From an uncultured Myxococcales bacterium (GTDB lineage: Bacteria; Myxococcota_A; Bradymonadia; UBA7976; UBA1532), in NCBI GenBank assembly GCA_937902595.1, contig CALELH010000464.1, positions 1 to 50,365 on the forward strand: a stretch of DNA of 50,365 nt, read 5' to 3'. The position numbers and the translations under genes are program-made. The first letter of the stretch is position 1. Each line of letters begins with the position of its first letter. Under the pieces are notes generated by a model. The model was not told the origin of the DNA. It saw only the letters and a program-made list of their open reading frames with translations, and did no database searches. This document shows positions 18,202 through 28,579 of the stretch, in pieces.

Positions 18202-19353
18202 GTGCGGCTAGCATATATCTTCGACCAACGGTTACCCAGCACGGAGACCGACACAGAGCAGGCCCTCAACACCTTAGCGGCCCTGTCCCGTAATGGCGTA
18301 GACGTGACGCTGCTTCTTCCAAAGGACACATTCCGCCAGGACGCCAACGCTGACGCGCTGCGCGAATACTACCAAGTGTCCGGTGAATTCTCCGTTAAGA
18401 GGTTAAGGTCGACGTTTCCATCACCCCGAGTCTTCGAAAAACTAGGTCACGCGGTTCGGGCTAGCCTTGGCATCGACAAGACCGCCTACGATGTTGTCTA
18501 CACTCGAAACGCGCCGTCTCTCGTCGCAGGGCTCATGTCTGGGCTGCCAATGGTCTACGAGACCTACCGCCCGTGGCCTGAACAAGTGAAGACACTCAGA
18601 CCCGTTTTTCGCTGGGCGATGCGTCAGAAAACCTTTCTAGGTGGAGTCTTCCATTCAGAGTTTGCCTTGAACACATACGCCGCTTTGGGCGCTGACAGGC
18701 AAGCGCTCACCGTCGTTCATAATGGATTCGACCCCACACGGTTTTCGGTGGATCCCGGGACGAGTAAAGCACGCAAAGCCATCGGGCTAGACACCACCGG
18801 TGTCGTCGCCGCGTACACAGGGCGGGTCAATTTACAAAAGGGCCTTGGCGCAGTTCTAGACCTCGCAGACCTCCACCCAGAGGTGACGTTCCTTATCGTC
18901 GGCTCCGAAGGAGAGGGCGAGGTCGAGAAGCGGGCCTCTACGCAAGACAACGTCGTCGTATACCCGTGGGCGACCTACGACCAACTTCCAAACTTCCTCT
19001 TCGCCGCCGACATTTTGATGGTCCCTCCGAGTCAAGGACCACTCAAGACGGTTGGAAACACCGTGCTCCCGATGAAGCTGTTTCAATACCTCGCCGCCGG
19101 TCGCGCGATCTATGCACCGAAAGCACCGGACACCGCTGAGCTCCTCTCCCATGGAGAGAACGCCTGGCTGGTTAGGCCGGATGATGTTCAGGCCGCATCC
19201 GAAGCGCTCACGGAGCTTGTTCGACAAGACGACCTGAGAGCGCGCCTGGGTATGAATGGGCGAAGTATGTCTGGTGACCTCACCTGGGACGCCAGAGCGC
19301 AGCGAATCGTCGAGTTCGTAGAGAAGAGGCTCGCGTCTCAATCAGCGCCTTAG
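18202..19353 (+). CDS. GT4-family (GT-B fold) glycosyltransferase
   Basis: MRLAYIFDQ... N-terminus, YTGRVNLQKGL, FLIVGSEGEGE, and a C-terminal E-x7-E-like region (LPMKLFQYLAAGRAIYAP). GTG start at 18202 with AGGTGAG upstream. Confidence 0.8.
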   Translation: MRLAYIFDQRLPSTETDTEQALNTLAALSRNGVDVTLLLPKDTFRQDANADALREYYQVSGEFSVKRLRSTFPSPRVFEKLGHAVRASLGIDKTAYDVVYTRNAPSLVAGLMSGLPMVYETYRPWPEQVKTLRPVFRWAMRQKTFLGGVFHSEFALNTYAALGADRQALTVVHNGFDPTRFSVDPGTSKARKAIGLDTTGVVAAYTGRVNLQKGLGAVLDLADLHPEVTFLIVGSEGEGEVEKRASTQDNVVVYPWATYDQLPNFLFAADILMVPPSQGPLKTVGNTVLPMKLFQYLAAGRAIYAPKAPDTAELLSHGENAWLVRPDDVQAASEALTELVRQDDLRARLGMNGRSMSGDLTWDARAQRIVEFVEKRLASQSAP

Positions 19354-19364
19354 CGCTCGCGCGG

Positions 19365-19847
19365 CTACCGCGATGTGAAGCCCTCGTCACAAGGGCCAAA
19401 TCTAAAGGCCAAGGTGTCAGCGTTCCCGGAAGGGTCGGTTACAAATACGAGCCCTGTATGGTTGGTGACATGGTGGCAGAGCATCTCCGATGTTCGACCA
19501 TTGATCACCGGTCCAAAGTCCCGTCCTCGCACCGAACATCCCGTCACAGAGCCCTGGACGCGAAGATCCTCATCGCGCGTATCCGGGTCTTCAATGGTAA
19601 CAGACACTCTCATGGTCGAGACGGTCCGAGAGTTACATGATCCGACAGGTGACCATTCAATGCTCACGATCCTTGGTGAGCCCGTCGCTGCGTCCGTCTT
19701 GGTTTGAGAGCCCTGTATTGAAGAGGGGATGTGAGACGACATTGGATCGTCATATTCGGGCGGTGAATCAGGTCCGCTATCCCCATCACCACAACCCATA
19801 AAGGTTATGGAGAGAATAAGCAGCCAGTATTTACCCCCAAACACCAT
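19365..19847 (-). CDS. hypothetical lipoprotein
   Basis: Signal peptide with a lipobox in MVFGGKYWLLILSITFMGCGDG. No recognisable domain. Confidence 0.6.
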   Translation of the reverse strand: MVFGGKYWLLILSITFMGCGDGDSGPDSPPEYDDPMSSHIPSSIQGSQTKTDAATGSPRIVSIEWSPVGSCNSRTVSTMRVSVTIEDPDTRDEDLRVQGSVTGCSVRGRDFGPVINGRTSEMLCHHVTNHTGLVFVTDPSGNADTLAFRFGPCDEGFTSR

Positions 19848-20345
19848 CGCTGAATTACACCGTCACACCACGCGCTGACTTGAGGGACACCTGCAGCGTC
19901 TGACACAAACATCAACGCACCACCCATGTAAAGGCGGCGCCCCGTTACCTATCCGTAGTCCCCCCGGAACATAAATAGGCTAGTGACAAAGCCTGTCTGT
20001 TTTTTGTCTATCACTGTTTTATTGAATTCATACTGTTAGACAATGGAGGGTTTGGTGAGTCTGGAGCAGTGATTGTCTAGGCAAGCGGCTGTGTAGAAGG
20101 GCCTCGTTTGGTCTGTAAGCAGCTCAGCTCTGGGGACGGCGGCGAGGAAGTAAGAGCGGGTCATTACCTCGTAAAAAATTGGCCAGCTGGGCTGGCACGA
20201 ACAAGCCCAACTCGTCTAGAAGACCCGCCTAATCCGGATGAGTGCTTAGGCTGCTCATCGCAGCACCGAGTTCACTTGCCAAGCGCCTCACAACGCGACA
20301 TCCTCGCCGGGTCCATTCACCCAGGCCCCCCAAAGGAGCGTTCTC

Positions 20346-20888
20346 TTGGAGTTTTTCGAGACGGTGTTCGGTCGTCGTACCATCCACAATTATCTTCCCG
20401 ATCCTGTGCCGACAGAGGTCTTAGACAAATTACTGTCAGCCGCGCACATGGCACCAAACCACAAACTTACTTGGCCATGGCGCTTTGTCGTCGTTGGTTC
20501 GGAGACGAGACAGAGGCTGCTGCCCATCGCGTGCGAACTAAAGAAAGCGACCTCTCCACAGGTCATCAACAAGATACGGGAAAAGCTTCTCAATCCCGGC
20601 GCGCTGATCGTAGTCACGCAGAAAATTAATGGTGACGACTTCAGACAAAAGGAAGACTACGCAGCCGTATGTTGCGCCATCCAAAATGTCATGTTGGCTG
20701 CGACCGCAGAGGGCTTCGGCAGCAAGTGGTCTACAGGCGGCCTCACGCAACATCCCAGTGTATGTGACCTCCTAGAGATCGACCTTTCACAAGAGACTGT
20801 CGCGGGATTCATTTGGGTCGGCGTGCCTAAGAGTACCCCAACGATCGATCGGCCACCTTTAGATGGTCATGTGAGCTACTTGGACTAG
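20346..20888 (+). CDS. nitroreductase family protein
   Basis: MEFFETVFGRRTIHNYLPDPVPTEVLDKLLSAAHMAPNHKLTWPWRFVVV is the classic nitroreductase N-terminus (RRS/T.R.f, then aP.s.n.qPw.f.vv). TTG start at 20346 with AAGGAG 8 nt upstream. Confidence 0.85.
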   Translation: MEFFETVFGRRTIHNYLPDPVPTEVLDKLLSAAHMAPNHKLTWPWRFVVVGSETRQRLLPIACELKKATSPQVINKIREKLLNPGALIVVTQKINGDDFRQKEDYAAVCCAIQNVMLAATAEGFGSKWSTGGLTQHPSVCDLLEIDLSQETVAGFIWVGVPKSTPTIDRPPLDGHVSYLD

Positions 20889-20910
20889 CTCTATTTAGAG
20901 CCAGGCAGAC

Positions 20911-20942
20911 AAAAAAAAACGGGGAGCTAGCTCCCCGTTTTT
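20911..20942. terminator. bidirectional rho-independent terminator between convergent nitroreductase and nrdJ genes
   Basis: A9 (20911-20919), then the perfect palindrome cggggagctagctccccg (20920-20937, 7-bp GC stem with a ctag loop), then T5 (20938-20942). A U-tract is therefore available on both strands. Confidence 0.85.
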
Positions 20943-20958
20943 CGTGCGTCCATTAGAC

Positions 20959-23900
20959 TCAGCTGCAACCAGAGGTTGCTCCGCAGTTCATACACTTAAG
21001 GCAAGTGCCATTACGCACGAGCATCATGGCCTGGCATGACATGCATGGGTCACCCTCGAAGCCCTGCTGCTTCGCGACCTGAACAGCGCGCGCTGTCGTC
21101 ACTCCACCAACGCTGGTCATAATGTTTACCGAGCCTCCGCTGAGGCTATCTACGAGCGTCAAGTTCTCGTTGCCACCATGTCCCGGCGCGTAGCCGGATG
21201 GCGCCTCGATGAGAGCCGAAGAGCCGCCACGTGGCTGATCATCAGTCTCGTCCGGAACGTTCGGGTTCGGTCCAAACTCGTAGACGTGGTTACTATTGGC
21301 GACACGTCGCTCCTCAACCACGACCTCTTCTGTGTACTCGGGCTCCGGGTCGGGCTGATTTACAGCGTCGGCCCTTAGATCCTCTTCACTCACCTGCGCC
21401 AGCTCATTGCGACCCAAGTAATTCACCGCAAGATCACGGAAGATGTAGTCGATGACCGATGTAGACATCTTGATCCGATCATTACCCATGACCATGCCGT
21501 TAGGCTCGAAGCGGGTGAAGATGAACGCATCAACGAACTCCTCCAGAGGTACTCCGTACTGGAGGCCGAGGGAGACAGCGATCGCGAAGGAGTTCATCAA
21601 GCTGCGGAAAGCTGCGCCTTCCTTATGCATGTCGATGAAGACCTCACCCAAGCTGCCGTCCTCGTACTCACCGGTGCGCAGATAGACCTTGTGCCCACCA
21701 ACTGCTGCCTTCTGAGTGTATCCAGCACGACGCCCTGGTAGCTTGCGACGGCGCGCGAGGTATCGAACGACGACCTTCTCAGCGATCTGAGCGGCCGCGA
21801 CCGCGGGACGATCAACCGCAACAGGCAAATCAAGCTGGGTTGCTGCCTCGGTGGTGTCTTCGTCGTCATCGAAATCAAAGACCGTAGAAGAGAGCGGCTG
21901 ACTGAGCTTGCTTCCATCACGGTACAAGGCGTTCGCCTTCAAACCACGACGCCAGCTCAACATATAGGCTTCCTGGACGTCCTCTAGGCTCGCCTCATTC
22001 GGCATATTGATCGTCTTACTGATGGCTCCACTGATGAACGGCTGTACAGACGCCATCATCTCAATGTGAGCCGCCGCTCGGATGTAGCGAGTTCCACTCT
22101 TACCGCACTTATTCGCACAGTCGAAGACGGCCAGATGCTGGCTCTTAAGATGAGGAGCCCCCTCAATCGTCATGGTACCGCAGACGTAATCATTCGCCTC
22201 GGCGATCTCCTTCTTAGTCAGCCCAAGAGCTCCAAGCAGATCGAAATCTGGTCGCTCTAGGGTGCCAGCCGGGATACCGAGACGCTCGATGATATACGCG
22301 TCACCGAATGTGAAGCGGTTGAAGACCATCGTGAGGTCAAAGGCGCTTGGAGCCAAGCCATTGAGCCGCTCGATGGTCGCGTCGTCAAATCCATGCTCCT
22401 TGAGCTTCTCTGGATTGAGGTGCGGACAGCCATCGAGGGTTCCTGTGCCCTTACAGTGATTAACGATCTCCTCGATCTGCTCCGCAGAGTACGACAGCTT
22501 CGCCAAAGCGAGCGGCACCGACTGATTAATGATCTTGAAGTAACCGCCACCTGCGAGCTTCTTAAACTTAACGAGAGCAAAGTCCGGCTCAACGCCTGTC
22601 GTGTCGCAGTCCATGACGAGACCGATAGTGCCCGTCGGAGCGATGACCGTGGCCTGTGCGTTACGGAAGCCGTTGCGCTCACCTGACTCAAGGGCATGAT
22701 CCCAGCCCGTTCGCGCTGCGTTAAGCAGATACTCAGGACAGTGCTCAGGATTCAATCCAACCGGAATGGTGTTCAGTGACTCGTAATCTCCCTCGGGCGC
22801 ATCGTACGCCGCGCGGCGGTGATTTCGAATGACACGGAGCATCTCGTCTTGGTTTGCATCATAGCCAGGGAATGGCCCCATTTGGCCCGCCAACTCGGCG
22901 CTCGTCTCGTAGCTGGTCGACGTCATGATAGCGGTGAGTGCACCGGCGATGTTTACAGCCTCTACAGAGTCGTAAGGGATGCCCATAACCATCAGGATGG
23001 TCCCGAGGTTCGCGTAGCCGAGCCCAAGAGTCCTGAACTTCCAGCTCAGCGCTGCGATTTCGTCGCTCGGGAACTGAGCCATAGCGACGGAGATCTCAAG
23101 GGTCAGGGTCCACAGACGGCATGCGTGCCGGAAGCTATCGACATCAATACGCGTGTAATCATCCGCCATGAACTTCATGAGGTTTGCTGAAGCGAGGTTA
23201 CATGCCGTGTCATCAAGGAACATGTACTCAGAGCAAGGATTACTCGCGTTGATACGCCCATCATTCGGGCACGTGTGCCAATCGTTAATGGTCGTGTCGA
23301 ACTGGAGCCCTGGGTCAGCACACGCCCAGGCAGCGTTCGAGACCTGCTCCCACAAATCTCGAGCTTGAATGGTCTTGGCGACCTTGCCGTCCGTTCGCTG
23401 AATCAAATTCCAAGGCTGGTCCTCGCAGACCGCGCTCATGAAATCATCGGTGATCCGGACAGAGTTATTGCTGTTCTGACCCGAGACTGTGTTGTAGGCG
23501 TCTGACTGCCAATCCACGTCGTACTCAGCGAACTCAATCCCAGTGACGCCCTGGCGAGCGAGCTGCAAGATTCTCTGTATATACGCTGGAACGATGCTGG
23601 CCTTACGCGCAGCGCTTACAGCAGCGCGGAGAGCCTGATTCTCTTTAGGATTGAAGGCGTCGCCATCGACCGTCACCTGAGTCGCCTCAAGAACCTTGGT
23701 CAAGTGGTACTTCGTCGCCTTGGACCCGGCGACGAGCGCTGCAACCTTCTGCTCCTCGTTCACCTTCCAATTAACGTATGACTCAATGTCCGGGTGATCA
23801 ACGTCCAGCGTGACCATCTTCGCGGCGCGACGAGTCGTCCCTCCGCTCTTGATGGCGCCAGCTGCGCGGTCTCCGATGCGCAAGAAGCTCATCAACCCGC

Positions 23901-24654
23901 TCGACTTGCCACCACCCGTCAAAGGTTCATTCTCTCCTCGGAGGGAGCTGAAGTTAGTGCCGGTTCCGCTGCCATACTTGAAAAGACGTGCCTCGCGGAC
24001 CCAGAGGTCCATGATGCCACCCTCGTTGACGAGGTCGTCCTGAACTGACTGGATGAAACAAGCATGCGGCTGTGGACGCTCGTATGCAGATGTACTCGCA
24101 TGCACCTCGCCAGTCTCGTGGTCACAGTAGCGGTGGCCCTGTGCAGGACCGGCGATACCGTAGGACCAATGTAGACCCGTGTTGAACCACTGTGGGCTAT
24201 TGGGCGCCGCCATCTGTCGGGCGAGCATATAGCGCATCTCGTCGTAGTATGCCTGCGCGCTGTCAACGTCTGTGAAATAGCCGTAGTGCCATCCCCAGTA
24301 TGTCCAGCAACCAGCCAATCGGTCGAAGACCTGACGTGAGTCATGCTCACCGCCAAATCTCTCGTCCTCGGGCTGATCATTGAGCTTGGCCTCGTCGGGC
24401 TCGCTCCGCCACAACCACTCAGGTACCCCGTCCTCGGGTACACGCCGAGTGATGCTCGGGATACCGGCCTTCCGGAAGTATTTTTGAGCGATGATGTCAG
24501 TCGCGACCTGACTCCACTCAGAGGGCACCTCAACGCGTTCGTTGAGAAAAACCACCGTACCATCTGGATTGCGGATCTCACTTTTCCGCGCCTCAAACTC
24601 CAGATTCTCGTATGGAGAACTCAAATTCTCCGTGAAGTGCCGCTTAATACGCAT
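20959..24654 (-). CDS. nrdJ: adenosylcobalamin-dependent (class II) ribonucleotide reductase, long form
   Basis: [66 protein letters not shown] is the canonical NrdJ opening. Also present are the NPCSEY active-site Cys region, [24 protein letters not shown] and a C-terminal CxxC...CxxC zinc ribbon. ATG at 24654 (M32 of the track ORF) is preferred. Confidence 0.95.
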   Translation of the reverse strand: MRIKRHFTENLSSPYENLEFEARKSEIRNPDGTVVFLNERVEVPSEWSQVATDIIAQKYFRKAGIPSITRRVPEDGVPEWLWRSEPDEAKLNDQPEDERFGGEHDSRQVFDRLAGCWTYWGWHYGYFTDVDSAQAYYDEMRYMLARQMAAPNSPQWFNTGLHWSYGIAGPAQGHRYCDHETGEVHASTSAYERPQPHACFIQSVQDDLVNEGGIMDLWVREARLFKYGSGTGTNFSSLRGENEPLTGGGKSSGLMSFLRIGDRAAGAIKSGGTTRRAAKMVTLDVDHPDIESYVNWKVNEEQKVAALVAGSKATKYHLTKVLEATQVTVDGDAFNPKENQALRAAVSAARKASIVPAYIQRILQLARQGVTGIEFAEYDVDWQSDAYNTVSGQNSNNSVRITDDFMSAVCEDQPWNLIQRTDGKVAKTIQARDLWEQVSNAAWACADPGLQFDTTINDWHTCPNDGRINASNPCSEYMFLDDTACNLASANLMKFMADDYTRIDVDSFRHACRLWTLTLEISVAMAQFPSDEIAALSWKFRTLGLGYANLGTILMVMGIPYDSVEAVNIAGALTAIMTSTSYETSAELAGQMGPFPGYDANQDEMLRVIRNHRRAAYDAPEGDYESLNTIPVGLNPEHCPEYLLNAARTGWDHALESGERNGFRNAQATVIAPTGTIGLVMDCDTTGVEPDFALVKFKKLAGGGYFKIINQSVPLALAKLSYSAEQIEEIVNHCKGTGTLDGCPHLNPEKLKEHGFDDATIERLNGLAPSAFDLTMVFNRFTFGDAYIIERLGIPAGTLERPDFDLLGALGLTKKEIAEANDYVCGTMTIEGAPHLKSQHLAVFDCANKCGKSGTRYIRAAAHIEMMASVQPFISGAISKTINMPNEASLEDVQEAYMLSWRRGLKANALYRDGSKLSQPLSSTVFDFDDDEDTTEAATQLDLPVAVDRPAVAAAQIAEKVVVRYLARRRKLPGRRAGYTQKAAVGGHKVYLRTGEYEDGSLGEVFIDMHKEGAAFRSLMNSFAIAVSLGLQYGVPLEEFVDAFIFTRFEPNGMVMGNDRIKMSTSVIDYIFRDLAVNYLGRNELAQVSEEDLRADAVNQPDPEPEYTEEVVVEERRVANSNHVYEFGPNPNVPDETDDQPRGGSSALIEAPSGYAPGHGGNENLTLVDSLSGGSVNIMTSVGGVTTARAVQVAKQQGFEGDPCMSCQAMMLVRNGTCLKCMNCGATSGCS

Positions 24655-24871
24655 AAATACACCCGTACACACCAATCCCACTGAGCGTGGGACGCCAAAA
24701 CTTGCCGACGAAAAATGGAATTCGCTGGGCCCCCCGGCTGCGACCATTTGGTAACAGCACGATGACCAGCGAGAACACTTTTTATCCGCTCAGTTACTGC
24801 CTTACAAGCACAATTCCAAAAAAAACCGAAGCATCCAATATCATTGGAATTTTCCGTCAGGCCTACTAGTG

Positions 24872-24919
24872 ACCCTATATGTGGTACCCAACCCCATATA
24901 CCCACAGTAGATATGGTGT
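24872..24919 (-). promoter_or_regulatory. pair of NrdR-box-like operators upstream of nrdJ
   Basis: The two 16-mers are accctatatgtggtac (24872-24887) and acagtagatatggtgt (24904-24919). The reverse complement of the second, acaccatatctactgt, matches 13 of 16 positions of the NrdR consensus acaCwAtATaTwGtgt as I recall it; the first matches 11 of 16. Their centres are 32 bp apart, which is the usual tandem-box spacing. Confidence 0.45.
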
Positions 24920-25244
24920 AGGTACATGTAAAGAAGTTTCCTTCCTACACCTATATTTTCTGACATGTAAATATGGTGGTTATTCGACCCATATTTTGGG
25001 CGATTTGGACGGCTTTCGTTAGTAAGCCGTCAGAATCGTTGAGTTTAGGAAAAATCGGTAGATTTAATTTGGTCTCGGATCAGTCATGAATCGGAGCACA
25101 AATTTTTCGAACTAAATTTGGATTAGCCATACGAAATATAGACCAATATGTGGCCCGTGAGGACTATATCTGGTGGTGCCAGACCTTGCAAAACGGTCTC
25201 TAACTCTGGAATTGGAAGAAATTTGCCCGCGGCATAATTTTGAA

Positions 25245-25793
25245 CTACTTGGTGCGTTTTGTCGTCGCGGAGTGCAGTCGAGGCAAGAAGCCAGGGTATC
25301 GTTCATCACCAGCCAAAACCCACTGACCACGTGGACCGCGCTCGACGGTCACAAAGTCCTGAATGCCACCACACTGGACTCTCAAGCGAACATCGGAGGT
25401 CCGCTTAAGGCGACCGACGACGGAGCACGAACCGATTCTGCTGACGACCTTCTTGAGCTCGCGCCGAATCGCGGTTCGTCCGCACGGTGGATGCATGTAG
25501 TTGAGACAAGGGTCCCGTTGCTTTGCCGCTGTAATCGTCAACCATCTACCGCGGTTTCCGCCGTATCTAGCCTGAATACATGCTTCTCGCCGGCAGAGCG
25601 CCGACGCCTTCTCGAAGATGGTTCCACCCAAGGCGTCCACTGTGCGCATGGGTCCATACTTTTCGTTGAACTGCTGCAAGACGAGAAACGGCTCAGCCGG
25701 ATCCGCTCCTGTCGGCTTCAAAACAAGCCACAGCAAAAAGGCGACCAGACCGACTGTCTGCAAGATCAATGTTGTCTGGATGAGCTTGTTCAT
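25245..25793 (-). CDS. hypothetical membrane-anchored protein
   Basis: MNKLIQTTLILQTVGLVAFLLWLVLKP is an N-terminal TM anchor, and the rest has ordinary composition. The overlapping plus-strand ORF 25173..25817 is Cys/Arg/Ser-rich and looks spurious. Confidence 0.55.
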   Translation of the reverse strand: MNKLIQTTLILQTVGLVAFLLWLVLKPTGADPAEPFLVLQQFNEKYGPMRTVDALGGTIFEKASALCRREACIQARYGGNRGRWLTITAAKQRDPCLNYMHPPCGRTAIRRELKKVVSRIGSCSVVGRLKRTSDVRLRVQCGGIQDFVTVERGPRGQWVLAGDERYPGFLPRLHSATTKRTK

Positions 25794-25975
25794 ATCCTAC
25801 ATAGTACTACATTATGAACCGCACCGGAAATTCGTGACCGGCCGGCTGTCCTATCCTCTCTATCGGCAAAAACAGGGGTGAGCTTGAACGAACTGTGCCT
25901 TTGTACCGTTGCACCTGGGCGCAACTCAGGGCAATATCGCCCGCCTTTGTCGGCGAAATTGGAGGCTAGAGAGTC

Positions 25976-27469
25976 ATGACTATTCGTACGCGTGTCGCAC
26001 CATCACCGACTGGAGACCCCCACGTCGGGACGGCCTACGTCGCCCTCTTTAATTACTGCCTCGCCAAGAAGAACGGCGGACAGTTCATCCTTCGGATTGA
26101 AGACACCGACCGCGCGCGCAGCACGAAGGCGTCGGAGCAGATGATCATCGATGCCCTGCGATGGTTGGGGATTGAGTGGGATGAAGGCCCGGATTGTGGC
26201 GGTCCTGCCGGTCCGTACCGCCAAAGCGAGCGAGGCGACATCTACGCGAAATATGCGGCAGAGCTCTTGGAGAATGGACACGCCTTCCGGTGCTTTCTCA
26301 CCAATGAACAGCTCGCTCAGCTACGAAAAGAGCATCAGGCGGCGGGCGCGACCGGTGCATTAGACAGTCCATACGCGTCGATGAGTCGAGAAGAGTCAGA
26401 CAGCCTGGCCGAGAGTGGGACGCCCTTCGTGATCCGTATGCGCGTACCACGGGAGGGCGTGTGCACTGTGAACGATGAGCTGCGAGGCGAGATTGAGATC
26501 GCGTGGGACCAAGTAGACATGCAGGTGCTGCTGAAGTCAGACGGGATGCCAACGTACCACCTCGCGAACGTCGTCGATGACCACTTGATGGGTATTACGC
26601 ACGTGATGCGTGGCGAAGAGTGGATTTCGTCGGCGCCTAAGCATTTGCTCCTCTATCAATACTTTGGATGGGAGCCTCCAGTCCTGTGTCACTTGCCGCT
26701 GCTGCGGAACGCGGACCGCTCAAAGCTGAGCAAGCGTAAGAACCCAACCAGCATTATGTACTACCAGCGGATGGGCTATCTACCGGAGGCGCTCCTTAAT
26801 TATCTAGGCCGAATGGCCTGGTCGATGCCCGATGAGAGCGAGATGTTTAGTCTCGACACGATGCTGGAGCACTTCGACCTGAAGCGAATCTCATTGGGTG
26901 GCCCTATCTTTGACACCACCAAGCTCGACTGGTTGAACGGGACTTGGATACGTGAAGAGCTTGACGATGATGCCTTCGCAGATAGCGTCGCTGAGTGGGC
27001 CCTCAATCGAGAGAACCTGAAGCGGCTCATCCCCCTCGTTAGGCCGCGCGTCAATAAATGGTCGGAGCTCGCTCCGATGCTCGGGTTCTTTCTAGACGGC
27101 TTGATGCCCCTGACTCCTGAGAAGCTTCAGTTCAAAGGTCTAGAGGACGGTGATGTGCGTAAAATCTACGCCTATAGCCTGTGGACATTGGACGCGCTCC
27201 CAAGCTGGGACTCTGACAGCATTCAGGCTGCTCTACGGGGCCTCGCAACGACGATGGACCTCAAGTTGAGGGTGTTCCTCGCGCCCTTCTTCATGGCGAT
27301 CGCGGGCAAGTCGAGCTCAACGCCGCTCTTTAACACGATGGCATTGCTCGGCAAGGACATGTGCCGCGCGCGTCTTCGACACGCCTTGGACACCCTCAAA
27401 CCGATGTCTGGAAAAGAGCAGGGTCGATGGCGCAAGGAGTATGACGCTCTTATGGCGTCTTGCGATTAG
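25976..27469 (+). CDS. gltX: glutamate--tRNA ligase
   Basis: RTRVAPSPTGDPHVGTAYVALFNY (HIGH-type motif) and KLSKRK (KMSKS). Also present are the class I catalytic core and a C-terminal anticodon-binding domain. Confidence 0.95.
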   Translation: MTIRTRVAPSPTGDPHVGTAYVALFNYCLAKKNGGQFILRIEDTDRARSTKASEQMIIDALRWLGIEWDEGPDCGGPAGPYRQSERGDIYAKYAAELLENGHAFRCFLTNEQLAQLRKEHQAAGATGALDSPYASMSREESDSLAESGTPFVIRMRVPREGVCTVNDELRGEIEIAWDQVDMQVLLKSDGMPTYHLANVVDDHLMGITHVMRGEEWISSAPKHLLLYQYFGWEPPVLCHLPLLRNADRSKLSKRKNPTSIMYYQRMGYLPEALLNYLGRMAWSMPDESEMFSLDTMLEHFDLKRISLGGPIFDTTKLDWLNGTWIREELDDDAFADSVAEWALNRENLKRLIPLVRPRVNKWSELAPMLGFFLDGLMPLTPEKLQFKGLEDGDVRKIYAYSLWTLDALPSWDSDSIQAALRGLATTMDLKLRVFLAPFFMAIAGKSSSTPLFNTMALLGKDMCRARLRHALDTLKPMSGKEQGRWRKEYDALMASCD

Positions 27470-28547
27470 TCTCAAGAACCGCGTCTATAGCCAGCACTGC
27501 TTCCGTCGTCGCGAATGGTCGACGCACGCGATGTTCGATCAGCCATCGCCAACCGGGATAGGCCATCCCTAGAAACATATTCATCGCCTTAGGTCGCTTC
27601 AGCGTCGCCGCTAAGCGCACGAGACAACTCCATGCCGTGGAATCAGCGGGCGTCGCCTCAACGGCCTCACCTGTCCTACCGTAATACGCCCGCTTAAGAC
27701 CGCGGCCTTGGTCGGTGACAAACTCTAGTAGCCGCATCGCGGTGTCAAAATCCCCATGGGCGATGGTCTCAGCCACTGTGCACGCGTTGTTTACCTGAAT
27801 GACGTCATTGGGAGAGAACACCGTCACGGGGGCGTCTGGCATAATCGTGCGCAGGTCGGGCTGAATCAGCGTGTGGAAGAGACCGACGGGACTTGAGGCG
27901 GACTGGACGGCGCCATAGGAGCGCCTCGCGAGCTCCTCAAGGTCATCATCACCCGTCTCCCGAGCGATGTCAGCGATGAGATCTGGATCATAGTCGACGA
28001 GAAAAGAGTCATTCGCGAAGCTCCTCGTCTGAAAATTGAAGTAGTTTCTGACGAGCCAGACACCTTGGTCGATATAGGCGTGTCTGGCGTATCCATGGAT
28101 GATCTTAAGCGCCATGGCGCGGTCAGCTGGTAATTTAAATCGACGCGCCCCACCCCAGAGTCCTCGCGCGATTCTCAACGCCTCCGTCGTCCCTGACGCA
28201 TCTAAGGGGCGCCCTGGGCGAACTCGCCAACCGACGAACCCCTGGGTGTAGGGATCGTCTTTTCGATCGATGACCAAGCTGTCCAGTGTCCCGGCCTTTA
28301 CCGTCTCGTAGAGCGCCTTGTCTCCCACGCGAACGGCGTGAATCAGGAGATGGCCCACATCCACTGCGTAGATGTATCCGTCGCTACGCTTCATGCCGTT
28401 CTTAATCCACAGAGTCTCCAACTCCATGAGCAGTTCGGCGCGTGTTTGGCGAAGCATCTGATCGGTGACTTCGGTCCCTCTTGGCCAAAACCACACGCCG
28501 GCTCCCACCGCGATCAGCAACACAAGAATGGGGACAAGACGATTCAT
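27450..28547 (-). CDS. hypothetical membrane-anchored or secreted protein (weak resemblance to alpha/alpha-barrel glycoside hydrolases, not asserted)
   Basis: The ATG at 28547 gives MNRLVPILVLLIAVGAGVWFW; the track start at 28583 is a TTG. DASGTTEALRIARGLWGG is reminiscent of the D-A-x-D..IA.AL..A...W segment of GH8-type enzymes, but no catalytic motif could be confirmed. The 3' end overlaps convergent gltX by 20 nt. Confidence 0.5.
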   Translation of the reverse strand: MNRLVPILVLLIAVGAGVWFWPRGTEVTDQMLRQTRAELLMELETLWIKNGMKRSDGYIYAVDVGHLLIHAVRVGDKALYETVKAGTLDSLVIDRKDDPYTQGFVGWRVRPGRPLDASGTTEALRIARGLWGGARRFKLPADRAMALKIIHGYARHAYIDQGVWLVRNYFNFQTRSFANDSFLVDYDPDLIADIARETGDDDLEELARRSYGAVQSASSPVGLFHTLIQPDLRTIMPDAPVTVFSPNDVIQVNNACTVAETIAHGDFDTAMRLLEFVTDQGRGLKRAYYGRTGEAVEATPADSTAWSCLVRLAATLKRPKAMNMFLGMAYPGWRWLIEHRVRRPFATTEAVLAIDAVLETNRKTP

Positions 28548-28579
28548 GGCGCGCACCCTGACGGCAGCGGGCAGAAAGG

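Noticed and set aside
20108-20629. 173-aa ORF spanning the nitroreductase upstream region and 5' end
   Set aside because: It is out of frame with a well-supported nitroreductase gene, and its product is Ser/Arg/Pro-rich with no recognisable features.
20959-24747. Possible intein or foreign insertion in the 1231-1262-aa NrdJ
   Set aside because: Long (about 1200 aa) class II RNRs exist without inteins. I see continuous RNR-like sequence and no intein splice blocks (N-terminal Cys/Ser block A or a C-terminal HN-Cys/Ser/Thr junction). The extra 31 N-terminal residues of the track ORF precede the canonical MRIKRHF start and are probably untranslated.
24655-25244. Cobalamin riboswitch or CRISPR-like array upstream of nrdJ
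   Set aside because: No B12-box-like element (AGCC.GG.GACC.GCC type) is visible. The repeated ATAT-core motifs are short, imperfect and irregularly spaced at 13-42 bp, so they fit operator sites rather than CRISPR repeats.
25173-25817. 214-aa plus-strand ORF overlapping the 25245..25793 minus-strand ORF
   Set aside because: Its translation is Cys/Arg/Ser-rich with no motif or signal. The minus-strand frame starts at an ATG with a clean N-terminal TM helix and has ordinary composition.
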